Shown piece after piece: positions 41,015 to 50,283 of a DNA stretch of 64,000 bases. The position numbers were made by a program, and so were the translations under genes. Origin of the DNA: an uncultured Gemmatimonadales bacterium (GTDB lineage: Bacteria > Gemmatimonadota > Gemmatimonadetes > Gemmatimonadales > GWC2-71-9). The notes under the pieces were generated by a model. That model saw nothing but the letters and a program-made list of their open reading frames with translations. It made no database searches and was not told the DNA's origin. The first letter of the stretch is position 1; each line of letters opens with the position of its first letter. The DNA is taken from the NCBI GenBank assembly GCA_963828735.1, contig CAWHFW010000005.1, positions 2,592,001 through 2,656,000 of the forward strand, given 5' to 3'.

Positions 41015-42898
41015 CTAGGGCTTCACCGTTACGGGCACGGCCAAGCGCCACGGCGCGAACGGCGAGTCGAGCACGAGGGAGAGCTCGCCGGGCTCGGTGG
41101 GTCTGAGCTCGAAGTCGGCGGTTTCGCCGGGACCGGTGAGCAGGGGACTGGTGCGGGGCACCGCCTGCGCCGCCGGCAGGTCGGCGCCATCCTTCGCGAG
41201 CGCGCGCCACGTCACGAGCGACGAATCGGCGCCCGCGTGGCGGAGCGCGAAGTAGGTCCGGGCGTCACCTATGTTGATGAGCCGGAATCGGTAGGTACGT
41301 CCCGCGCGCAGCTCGATCGGCGCCGGCTCGGTGCGTCCGTTCACGACGCCGACGAGGCTGTCACCCCGGACCAGCCCGCCCACGATCACGAGCCGGTTCG
41401 CGGCGGTGTCATAGGTTTCGCCGGGTGGTACGACGATGATCGCCCCGTAAAGCCCGCCCGGTATCTGGAACAGCTCGTGCGCGTGCGAGTGGTAGATGAA
41501 CGTGCCCGCGCGCGGCGGAGTGAACTCCGCGATGAACGAGTCGCCTGGCGCGATGGGCGCGAGCAGGTGGTCCGGCGTGCCGCTCCAGCCAGGGACGCCG
41601 TCGGGAAAGCTTTCCAGCTCGATGCCGTGCCAGTGCACCGCCGTCGGCTCGGTGAGCCGGTTCACCACCGTGATGCGAACCGGGCGCCCTCGCTCGAGCA
41701 CCAGCGCCGCCCCCGGCACGGGCGCCGAGTCCCGCGCAGGCTCCACGTCTCCTTCCTGCAGCGCGTATCCCATGAGATGGGCTGAATCGGCGGGGGACCG
41801 CGCCGCCTGGACCAGCAGCCGCAGCTTTCTCTGCAGGGCCGGCGCGGGTGCGGCCAGCGTCGGCGCGCCTTTGGCGGGCGCCACGCGCAGGCCCAGTACG
41901 AGGCCAGCCATGCGATGCGCCATGTGCTCACCGTCGTGGCCGCCCGGGGCCGCGGTATCGGCTGACAGCGACTGCTCGTTGGAGATATGGAAGGCGAAAT
42001 GGCAGTGAAAGAGCCAGTTGCCCGGCCGCACCGGGGTCCAGCGCGCGGTCATGGTGCCGCCGGGCGGCATGAGCTCGGTCACGACCATTCGACGATCGGC
42101 GGGTGCGTACACCGTGTCGGCCGCCCAGCCGCCTCGGCTGTCGACCTCGTAATAGAAGCCGTGCAGGTGCATCGGGTGCGAGCTGGACGTGGGGTTGAGC
42201 CAGCGCCAGCGCACGGTGTCGCCGACCTGATAGTCCAGCCGCTCGGTCTCGGGCCAGCCCTTGCCGTTGATGACCATGAACTCGCCGCCGTTTTCCCCGG
42301 GCTTGAGCCAGAGGCCCATGACGAACACCCGCTCGCTCGCCGGCGGCGGTGCACCGGCCGAATCCACGATGAAGGCGCCGGAGAGCTGGCTGTCGATCCA
42401 GCGGTCATCCTCCATGTGCTTGGCGGTCGTCGTGCCCCAGTAGTAGTAGGTGCCCGCGCGGCCGGCGTCGAAGCGCACGCTTCGCGTGGCGCCGGCCGGG
42501 ACCACGAGGCTGTCGTCCGGCTGCCCGGGATGCGCGGCGAAGCCGTGCAGGACCAGCGTCGAGTCGCGCAGGCGGTTCCGGATCGTCGCATGAATGACGG
42601 TGCCCTCGGGCACCCGGATCAGGGGACCGGGGATCTGGAGCGGGCGTCCGGCCTCGCCGAACGCCTGGACCTCGACGCCCGGTCCGTCGTCCGCGTGCGG
42701 GCGGAACACGCCGCTCCGGAGCTCGAGGTTGAGCGTGAGGACCCCGTCTCGAAGCCGGCCGGCAGGGGCACGATTTGGGTTGGCGAGGATGCGCTCGGTG
42801 GAGGGGGGAGTCCCATGCCGGTGTGGCGCGTCGGGCCGCGACGCGGAAGCGAGCGTGAGCAGACCGACGGCGACGGCGACAGACGGGTGCACGGGCAT
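41015..42898 (-). CDS. Secreted multicopper oxidase-domain protein with four cupredoxin-like domains
   Basis: HPMHLHG, WLFHCHFAFH, TAVHWHG, FIYHSH motifs; signal peptide. Confidence 0.9.
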   Translation of the reverse strand: MPVHPSVAVAVGLLTLASASRPDAPHRHGTPPSTERILANPNRAPAGRLRDGVLTLNLELRSGVFRPHADDGPGVEVQAFGEAGRPLQIPGPLIRVPEGTVIHATIRNRLRDSTLVLHGFAAHPGQPDDSLVVPAGATRSVRFDAGRAGTYYYWGTTTAKHMEDDRWIDSQLSGAFIVDSAGAPPPASERVFVMGLWLKPGENGGEFMVINGKGWPETERLDYQVGDTVRWRWLNPTSSSHPMHLHGFYYEVDSRGGWAADTVYAPADRRMVVTELMPPGGTMTARWTPVRPGNWLFHCHFAFHISNEQSLSADTAAPGGHDGEHMAHRMAGLVLGLRVAPAKGAPTLAAPAPALQRKLRLLVQAARSPADSAHLMGYALQEGDVEPARDSAPVPGAALVLERGRPVRITVVNRLTEPTAVHWHGIELESFPDGVPGWSGTPDHLLAPIAPGDSFIAEFTPPRAGTFIYHSHAHELFQIPGGLYGAIIVVPPGETYDTAANRLVIVGGLVRGDSLVGVVNGRTEPAPIELRAGRTYRFRLINIGDARTYFALRHAGADSSLVTWRALAKDGADLPAAQAVPRTSPLLTGPGETADFELRPTEPGELSLVLDSPFAPWRLAVPVTVKP

Positions 42899-43132
42899 GG
42901 GTGGACCTATGCTCGAACGGGGGGCCTGCCGCGATCTGATCGGGGGACGCGCAAATGTAACTCGGGGTGCCTCATGACCGGTATGCGTCGCTCGGGCGAC
43001 GGACCACCCGTTCCGGACCATTGTGCTCGGCGTGATGGAGCCGGGTGACGCGAGTCACCTCGCCCGCCCGTCCCTGAAACGAGACTGGGACCCGGGAATC
43101 GAGACCATGACCGTCGAGATGAGGAGACCCTG

Positions 43133-43792
43133 ATGCGCGTACGAAAATTCGGGCACGCCTGCCTGCTGGTCGAGGAGGGCGACGAGGCCCTCTTGTTCGA
43201 CCCCGGCCAGCGCGAGTTCCTGAGCGACGACGCCACGCCCGAGACCTTCGCCGGGGTCTCGGTCGTTGCGGTCACGCATTGGCATCCCGACCATGCCGAT
43301 GCCGACCTGATCCGGCGCATCGTCGATCGGAGCGGCGCCAAGGTCATCGCCACCCACGACGGCGAGCGCGACCTCCATGCGGTCGGCATCGAACCCACCG
43401 TGCCGAAGGACGGCACCATCTCGATCGGCGCGTTCACCCTGCAGACGACGCTCGTCCCCCACGCGGCGCTGCTCGGCTCCCCGTCGCCGGACAATTTGGC
43501 CTTCCTGGTGAACGATCGCCTGCTCAACCCGGGTGACTCGTTCGATCCTCGCTTGGGGGACTACCGCGGCGTGTTCGCCCTGGCGCTGCCGGTCACCGCC
43601 CCCTGGATGACCGAGCTCGACGCGGCGGCGTTCGCCGAGCGCTTGGCGCCCGGACGGGTCCTGCCGGTTCACGATGGCTACGTGAGGGATTTCTTCCGGA
43701 AGCGGCGCTACCAGTCGTTCCGGACCTATCTCGACAAGAAGGGGATCAGCTTCGAGGGGGACGGAGAAATGGAGGCGGGAGTCGACCTGTAA
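43133..43792 (+). CDS. MBL-fold metallo-hydrolase
   Basis: GHAC, FDPG, THWHPDH, PGDS, PVHDG. Confidence 0.9.
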   Translation: MRVRKFGHACLLVEEGDEALLFDPGQREFLSDDATPETFAGVSVVAVTHWHPDHADADLIRRIVDRSGAKVIATHDGERDLHAVGIEPTVPKDGTISIGAFTLQTTLVPHAALLGSPSPDNLAFLVNDRLLNPGDSFDPRLGDYRGVFALALPVTAPWMTELDAAAFAERLAPGRVLPVHDGYVRDFFRKRRYQSFRTYLDKKGISFEGDGEMEAGVDL

Positions 43793-43825
43793 AACTGGGC
43801 CGCGGTCGCTCCCGCCCCCGCGCGC

Positions 43826-44479
43826 TCAGGTCGTTGCCTTCCCGAGCGTCTTCTGCAGCTCCTCCCCGCGATCGAGATGCTTCTGGATCACTGGCTTGGC
43901 CTTCTCGATCAGGCTCTTGAGCTCGCCGTTCTCGGTGTCCCCGTGGGCCTTGTCAGCCAGGTCGAGAACCGCCTTGTGAATGGTCACTTCCTGGTCTATG
44001 TAGGCGCGGTCAAAGGCAGCTCCAGTGCCCGCGGCTTGAAGCGCCGCCATCTCTGCCGAGCCGGCCGCCTGCACCGGATCGTTCGCCGGAAGCTCGGGCT
44101 TGATGGAGAGCTTCTTGGCCAGGGCCTCGCCCTGCACCCGCAGGGCGTGGTGCTCTCCCATCATCATCTTGGCGAAGGACTTGACGCCCGGGCTGGTCGC
44201 CTTGCCGGAGGCGAACTTCCCGGCCGCGCTGTCGGCCTTATTGGCCTCGTCAAGCAGCGCGACGATGTTGGCGTCGCTCAGCTTCGTGTTGGTGCTCGCG
44301 GCGGCGGTGTCGGCGGGTGCCGCCATACCGGCCGTGGTGCTGTCGGCGCTCGGCGGCGTCTCGACCCGGGCGCTTTCGGCGCCGTTCGTCTTGGACTTGC
44401 ATGCGCCGGCGGCGAGCGCGCCGAGCCATGCGGCTCCGATCATGGTGAGGCGCGCATCGCGCGCCAGATTGATACGCAT
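43826..44479 (-). CDS. DUF4142 (ferritin-like) lipoprotein
   Basis: Lipobox AGAC; VKSFAKMMMGEH, AFDRAYIDQEVTIH, PVIQKHL. Confidence 0.85.
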   Translation of the reverse strand: MRINLARDARLTMIGAAWLGALAAGACKSKTNGAESARVETPPSADSTTAGMAAPADTAAASTNTKLSDANIVALLDEANKADSAAGKFASGKATSPGVKSFAKMMMGEHHALRVQGEALAKKLSIKPELPANDPVQAAGSAEMAALQAAGTGAAFDRAYIDQEVTIHKAVLDLADKAHGDTENGELKSLIEKAKPVIQKHLDRGEELQKTLGKATT

Positions 44480-44654
44480 AGGTCCTCCTTCTGGTCCATC
44501 AATCCTATGCGGCGTGCAGAGCCGGGAGTGTGACTCTGGTCACGGGACGACGGCTCCCGGCGTGGTCGCGGCCGAGGTGGCTACTGACGCAGGGCCATCC
44601 CCTAGCCCAGCCGCGGCCTCCCCCCCATCTTCCCGTACCTTAACCAGCCAACCC

Positions 44655-47342
44655 ATGCCCGAACTGCTCGGCCGGCTCCAATCCGCCCTGGCGGACCGCT
44701 ATCGCTTGGACCGTGAGATCGGCGCCGGCGGCATGGCGACCGTCTATCTGGCCCAGGACGTCCGCCACGATCGCCGTGTGGCGCTCAAGGTGCTGCGCCC
44801 CGAGCTCGCCGCCGTGATCGGCGCCGAGCGCTTCCTGGCCGAGATCAAGCTCACCGCCAATCTCCAGCACCCGCACATCCTCCCGCTCTTCGACTCTGGT
44901 GAGGCCGACGGCTACCTGTTCTACGTCATGCCGTTCATCGACGGCGAGTCGCTGCGCGACCGGCTCAACCGCGAGAAGCAGCTCCCCGTCCCCGACGCGG
45001 TGCGGATCGCCAGCGAGGTGGCTTCGGCGCTCGACTATGCCCACCGGCAGGGCGTGGTCCACCGGGACATCAAGCCCGAGAACATCCTGCTGCACGACGG
45101 CCGGGCCCTCGTGGCGGACTTCGGCATCGCGCTCGCGGCGAGCAAGGCGAGCGGCGCGCGCATGACCGAGACCGGCATGAGCCTCGGCACGCCGCACTAC
45201 ATGAGCCCCGAGCAGGCGATGGGCGAGCGGGACATCACGGCCCGCTCGGACATCTACGCGCTGGGCGCGGTGCTGTACGAGATGCTCACCGCCGAGCCCC
45301 CATTCACCGGGGCCACGGCTCAGGCGGTGGTGGCGCGCGTCGTGACCGAGAGTCCGCGCCCGCTCGTTCCGCAGCGCCACACGATTCCTCGCCACGTGGA
45401 GGCCGCGGCGCTCACCGCACTCGAGAAGCTCCCGGCCGACCGGTTCGCCACGGCCGCCGAGTTCGCCGACGCGCTCAAGGACAAGAGCTACGCGTCCACC
45501 GTGTCGCTCGACGCCGCCCCCGCTGCTCGGCTCGGTGCCGCCCGCCGCCGGCCCCCGGCGGTCGTGCTGGCGCTGAGCGCCGCGCTCGCCGTGGCCACGG
45601 CCGCGGCGCTGTGGGGCTGGCTCCGCCCGAAGCCCGCCGAGCCGGTGACCCAGTTCGGCGTCGCGCTCCGCTCCAATCAGGTGCTGCAGCCCCCCAATCC
45701 CTCGGGCGGGTCGCGGATCGCCCTGTCGCGGGATGGGCGCTCCCTGGTGTACCTCGGACCGGGCGACGGCGGCGCCCAGCTCTGGCTCCGGCGCCTCGAC
45801 CAGCTCGATGCGACGCCGATCGCGGGCACCCTGGGCGCATCGAACCCCTTCTTCTCGCCCGATGGCCAGCGCATCGGGTTCCTGAAGGAAGGGACCATTG
45901 TCCGCATCGCGTCGCTCTCGGGTGCGCCGACGGTGACGCTGAGCGACAAGGTCAACTCCACGTCGGGCGACTGGGGCGACGACGGCTACGTCTACTTCGA
46001 GGTGGATTCGGGCCTCGGCCGGATGCGGGCGTCGGGCGGGAGCATCGAGCCCGTCTACACGATCTCCCCCCAGCGGAAGGAGATCGCCACCGAGTGGGTG
46101 CACGTCCTGCCGGGCGCGAAAGGGGTGCTCTTCCGGCTGCGGCATTCCGGGCAGGGGCCAGCGGACTTCGAGATCATGGCGATGTCCCTGCCACACGGCA
46201 CGCCGCACACGCTCACCCGGGGTCTCTTCGCGCGCTACGCCCCGACCGGGCATCTGCTCGTGATCACGGCCGATGGCAAGCTCATCGCGATCCCGTTCGA
46301 TCTACGGAAGCTCGAGCTGACCGGCCCGCCGGTCGCGCTCGTCGAAGGCATCGGGGTGAGATCCAACGGGTTCAACATCGACTTCGCGCTCGCCTCGAAT
46401 GGCACGGTGGCCTACACCACCGGCGGCACGCTCGGTTCCCGGAGGGTGGTGTGGGTGAGTCGGGAGGGCGGCATCTCGCCGGTCGACAACGCCTGGGACC
46501 CGCAGGGCGTGATCGAATCGGCCTACCTGTCTCCCGACGGGAAGTCGGTGGCGGTGGGCCTGCAACGGGACGGCCGGCGCGACATCTGGGTCAAACGGCT
46601 GCCGGACGGCCCGTTCTCCCGAATCACCTTCGGCGACACCTCCAGCGTGCGCCCGGCGTGGTCGCCCGACAGCCGGGACGTCATGTACATCACCGATCGG
46701 GCCGGCGGCGGCGCGGGATCGACCTATATCCATCGGGCGGATGGCACCGGCGTCCCTCGCCTGCTGCTGCGGACCGAGCAGGACTTCGGCCAGCTCTTTC
46801 CGACGCGCGACGGTCGCTGGTTGCTCTTCCGCACGGCCGCCACCGGCGGAGGGAACGGCGACATCATGGGGCTCAGGGCCGGCGACACGACGCTCGTCCC
46901 TCTGGTTGCCACGCCCTCGGCCGAGCTGTTCCCCGCCGTCTCGCCGGACGGCCGCTGGCTGGCGTACAGCTCGAACGAGTCAGGCTCGGGGGAGGTGTAC
47001 GTCCGCCCGTTCCCCGAGACCGGGTCGGCCAAGTGGCAGGTTTCCACCGCCGGCGGAGGGGAGCCGACCTGGTCCCCGAGCGGCCGCGAGCTGTTCTACG
47101 TAAACGGCAAGGCCGAGATGGTCTCGGCGGAGATCACGCCGGGCGCCGCGTTCGGCGTCGGGCGGCAGCGAACCATGTTCTCCGTCAGCCAGCTGTATCG
47201 GCCGGGTCCGATTCCCATGTACTCCCTGACCCCGGATGGCCAGCGATTCCTGATGGTGCGGGAGGGGGAGGCCTCGCAGCAGAGCGAGCTGGTGGTGGCG
47301 GAGAACTGGCTGCAGCAGCTGAAAGCGACGGCGGGGAAGTAG
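44655..47342 (+). CDS. Hanks-type Ser/Thr kinase, TM helix and TolB/PD40 beta-propeller sensor
   Basis: [49 protein letters not shown]; repeated SPDG motifs. Confidence 0.93.
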   Translation: MPELLGRLQSALADRYRLDREIGAGGMATVYLAQDVRHDRRVALKVLRPELAAVIGAERFLAEIKLTANLQHPHILPLFDSGEADGYLFYVMPFIDGESLRDRLNREKQLPVPDAVRIASEVASALDYAHRQGVVHRDIKPENILLHDGRALVADFGIALAASKASGARMTETGMSLGTPHYMSPEQAMGERDITARSDIYALGAVLYEMLTAEPPFTGATAQAVVARVVTESPRPLVPQRHTIPRHVEAAALTALEKLPADRFATAAEFADALKDKSYASTVSLDAAPAARLGAARRRPPAVVLALSAALAVATAAALWGWLRPKPAEPVTQFGVALRSNQVLQPPNPSGGSRIALSRDGRSLVYLGPGDGGAQLWLRRLDQLDATPIAGTLGASNPFFSPDGQRIGFLKEGTIVRIASLSGAPTVTLSDKVNSTSGDWGDDGYVYFEVDSGLGRMRASGGSIEPVYTISPQRKEIATEWVHVLPGAKGVLFRLRHSGQGPADFEIMAMSLPHGTPHTLTRGLFARYAPTGHLLVITADGKLIAIPFDLRKLELTGPPVALVEGIGVRSNGFNIDFALASNGTVAYTTGGTLGSRRVVWVSREGGISPVDNAWDPQGVIESAYLSPDGKSVAVGLQRDGRRDIWVKRLPDGPFSRITFGDTSSVRPAWSPDSRDVMYITDRAGGGAGSTYIHRADGTGVPRLLLRTEQDFGQLFPTRDGRWLLFRTAATGGGNGDIMGLRAGDTTLVPLVATPSAELFPAVSPDGRWLAYSSNESGSGEVYVRPFPETGSAKWQVSTAGGGEPTWSPSGRELFYVNGKAEMVSAEITPGAAFGVGRQRTMFSVSQLYRPGPIPMYSLTPDGQRFLMVREGEASQQSELVVAENWLQQLKATAGK

Positions 47343-47355
47343 CTGGGGCTTCGGG

Positions 47356-48939
47356 TCAGCGCTTCGAGTCGGGAAGGCGCGGCAGAACCTTTCCGTCGCC
47401 CAGATCCAGCGCGGCGACCTTTCCCTCCGCGTCGAGACGAAAGATCACCATCGAGGTGCCGAGCCACCGGTTCCGATAGCGTGCGCGAAAGCTGTCGTAA
47501 CTCCAGTGTTCGAGATCGGCCGTGAGAAAGGAGGTTTGGGCCAGCACGAGCCGGCCATTCTCCAGCCGAACTGCAGCCGACCCATACAGGCTGTCGGCGT
47601 AGGTCCCCGTATACTTGTCGAGCGCCAGCGAAGGCTTCGTTCCACCCACGCGCTTCCGCTCGATTTCCTTCTTCGCCACGTCGACCGAATCCTGCAGCCG
47701 CTGGTACAGCGCGTGCATGTCCGCATTCCAATCCCGCGCCGGCCCGCCGAGATACGCATCGAACGCGCGGTACATGAGCGCGTGGCGCAGCTCCGCGTGG
47801 TCCCGGTTGGCGAGCACCACGATGCCGAGCCGGCGCGCCGGGATGAGGCCCACGATGGCCACCAGCCCGTCGATGCTGCCGGTGTGGAAGGCCACCTTCT
47901 CGCCGCGGTAATCCTCCAGGAACCAGCCCAGACCGTATGCGGTGAAGTTCGGCTTCGTGAGGCGGACCGCCGGGTAGATCTCGTCGAGCTTGACCAGCAC
48001 CTGCGGCTTCATCAACTCCGCGAACGCCGTGTCGCTCACGAGCCGCTTTCCCGCGACCCGCCCGCTGTCGAGCAGGAAGCGCATCCACTTCGTCATGTCC
48101 AGCACGCTCGCGTACATCGAGCCGGCCGGCGCGATCGGGTCGGCGAGCTGCTGCGAGGAGGCGGGCAGCGCACGGAGGGTGTCGTCGATGCGGGCGTGCG
48201 GGCGCGTGACATTGGGCCGGGCGCGGAGCTCGGGCCCGTCCATCACGGTCTCCGTCATGCCGAGTGGCTTGAGGATCCGGGTGCGGACCAGGTCCTCCCA
48301 CGAGCTCCGGTTGGCCGTTCCCGCGGCGAGCCCCGCGACCGCATAGCCGATGTTGTTGTAGGCGAATCGAGACCGGAGACTGCTCTCGGGAGCAAGGAAG
48401 CGCAGCCGGTGGATCATCTCGGCGAGGGTCAGGTCGCTCCCGTACCACAGGTACTCCGGGTCGGCGAACCCGATCACATGGGTCAGCAGGTCGCGGAGCC
48501 GCACCTCGCGGGTAGCGTAGGGATCGTGGAGCACGAACCCCGCCAGCACGGTCGCGACCGGGTCGTCCCACCGGAGCTTGCCCGCGTCCACCATGAGCGC
48601 CACCGACAAGGCGGTGAATGCCTTGGTCGTGGAGCCAAGGGCGAACAGCGTATGCGCGTCCACCGAGTCGCGCGTGCCGGTGGTGCGCACGCCGTACCCG
48701 CGCGCGAACACCACCGAGTCGTCCTTCACGACGGCCACGGCCATGCCCGGGACGTCCCACTCGCTCAGGGCCCGGGAGGCGTAGCCGTCGAATCCCGCGA
48801 GCGGCGTCTTGATGTCTGGGGGCGTCTGCGCGCCGGCCGGACACAGCGCACCGGAGAATGCCAGAGCGGCGACGGTGCGGAGGCAGACCACCGCCGGGCG
48901 AAAAGCCCGCGCGGAGGCCCGCCGTTGGGGTGAGGTCAC
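47356..48939 (-). CDS. Secreted serine hydrolase (beta-lactamase fold, S12) with DUF3471-like C-terminus
   Basis: STTK, YNN, HTG motifs; C-terminal Y.G.Y.DSLYG ... LEHWSYDSF. Confidence 0.92.
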   Translation of the reverse strand: MTSPQRRASARAFRPAVVCLRTVAALAFSGALCPAGAQTPPDIKTPLAGFDGYASRALSEWDVPGMAVAVVKDDSVVFARGYGVRTTGTRDSVDAHTLFALGSTTKAFTALSVALMVDAGKLRWDDPVATVLAGFVLHDPYATREVRLRDLLTHVIGFADPEYLWYGSDLTLAEMIHRLRFLAPESSLRSRFAYNNIGYAVAGLAAGTANRSSWEDLVRTRILKPLGMTETVMDGPELRARPNVTRPHARIDDTLRALPASSQQLADPIAPAGSMYASVLDMTKWMRFLLDSGRVAGKRLVSDTAFAELMKPQVLVKLDEIYPAVRLTKPNFTAYGLGWFLEDYRGEKVAFHTGSIDGLVAIVGLIPARRLGIVVLANRDHAELRHALMYRAFDAYLGGPARDWNADMHALYQRLQDSVDVAKKEIERKRVGGTKPSLALDKYTGTYADSLYGSAAVRLENGRLVLAQTSFLTADLEHWSYDSFRARYRNRWLGTSMVIFRLDAEGKVAALDLGDGKVLPRLPDSKR

Positions 48940-48940
48940 T

Positions 48941-50248
48941 TCAATCCGGGATGTTCGGGTTGTTGCTCGACTCGACGGTGGGCAACGGGAAGCACACCTG
49001 CGCGCCGAACGTGCCCGAGACGGCATCGCCCGCCTGGAACGGCGTCCCCGTCGCGGGGAAGAGCGGCAGTCCGTAGTGGATGATGTCGCCCAGGCGCTGA
49101 CCCTCGAGGAAGAATTCGCGGCGCCGCTCCTCGATGATCTGGGCTTGCACTTCCTCGGGCGTCCCGCCGGCGAAGGCCGGAATGCCGGCGTTGGCGTGCA
49201 GGGTGTTGATGATCCCCACGGCCCCGCCCGCATCGCCGGCAGCCACGTCCGCCTCGGCCACGATGAGCTGCGCTTCCTCCCAGCGGCCCACCGGGATGGG
49301 GGACTCGAACGCCGGGTACTTGGCCGGCAGGAAAATCGGCGTGACGTTGTCGGCGCCTGGCGTGCCGGCGTCGACCACGCTGACTCGAGGGTCGGGTACG
49401 CCCTCGAAGGTGACGTCGCGGAACGGGACGTCGACCGTGGCCTCGAGGAGTTGGCTCAGGACGTTGTACACGACGTTCTGGCGGGTCGGCTTTGCGTTGG
49501 AGTACGTGGCGTCCACTCGGAAGCCCACGGGGACCTGGACCGCATCCGCGGCCGCGGCCGGCAGGTTGCCGAGGTCACGTCGATCCCGCGCGCGCCCGAG
49601 GAGGGCAAGACTCAGGGTCTCGTCGTCGCCGGCCGCCGTGGCGGCGTCGATCGCCCTGGTGAACCTGGCATCCGCCTCGGCCAGGATCTGGGCGGGCGTC
49701 AGCTCGGGACCCACGTCGAGCGCCGCGGAGCACATCCCTTCGCCGAGAAGCACGAGGCTGTACCCGGCGTAGGTGGCGGCTGTGGCGATCAGGCCGATGC
49801 GACCGGGGACCTGCTCGTCGGTCCAGCCGTCGAGCAGCCCGAGGGCGTGGTCCCCGTCGTAGCGGGCCACCGACAGGACGGTGTAGACCGTCGGATCGTC
49901 GCCGCAGATCTGCGTGGAGTAGACGCTGTTCGTCGGGAGAATCGTGCGCCGGTCGTAGTCCCACAGCCGGTTGATCAGGTTCGCGTTGGCCAGCTCGTCG
50001 CCGACCAGCCCGCCCGCCACCACGTAGTTGGCCAGCGCGCACTCGAAGTCGCCCACTCCGCTCCGGACCAGGAGGGCCGCGTTCTCCGGCTTCTCCAGGT
50101 CCTCGGCGCCGATCTGGCTCGGCGCGTCCTGGCTGAGCGAGGTGAGGTCGCTGCAGGCGGCGAGTGCCACCGCCAGCACGCCCACGAGGAGCGCGATCGC
50201 GGCGACGTGGACCCGGCGGCCGTTCCGGGGTGCAGATCTCTGCCTCAT
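48941..50248 (-). CDS. RagB/SusD family outer-membrane lipoprotein
   Basis: Lipobox LAAC; RWEEAQLIVAEA, ERRREFFLEGQRLGD, CFPLP..E..NNPN; directly downstream of SusC. Confidence 0.9.
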   Translation of the reverse strand: MRQRSAPRNGRRVHVAAIALLVGVLAVALAACSDLTSLSQDAPSQIGAEDLEKPENAALLVRSGVGDFECALANYVVAGGLVGDELANANLINRLWDYDRRTILPTNSVYSTQICGDDPTVYTVLSVARYDGDHALGLLDGWTDEQVPGRIGLIATAATYAGYSLVLLGEGMCSAALDVGPELTPAQILAEADARFTRAIDAATAAGDDETLSLALLGRARDRRDLGNLPAAAADAVQVPVGFRVDATYSNAKPTRQNVVYNVLSQLLEATVDVPFRDVTFEGVPDPRVSVVDAGTPGADNVTPIFLPAKYPAFESPIPVGRWEEAQLIVAEADVAAGDAGGAVGIINTLHANAGIPAFAGGTPEEVQAQIIEERRREFFLEGQRLGDIIHYGLPLFPATGTPFQAGDAVSGTFGAQVCFPLPTVESSNNPNIPD

Positions 50249-50283
50249 GAGGTCATCCTCTCGTCGTGTCGGTCGCGGGTCGG

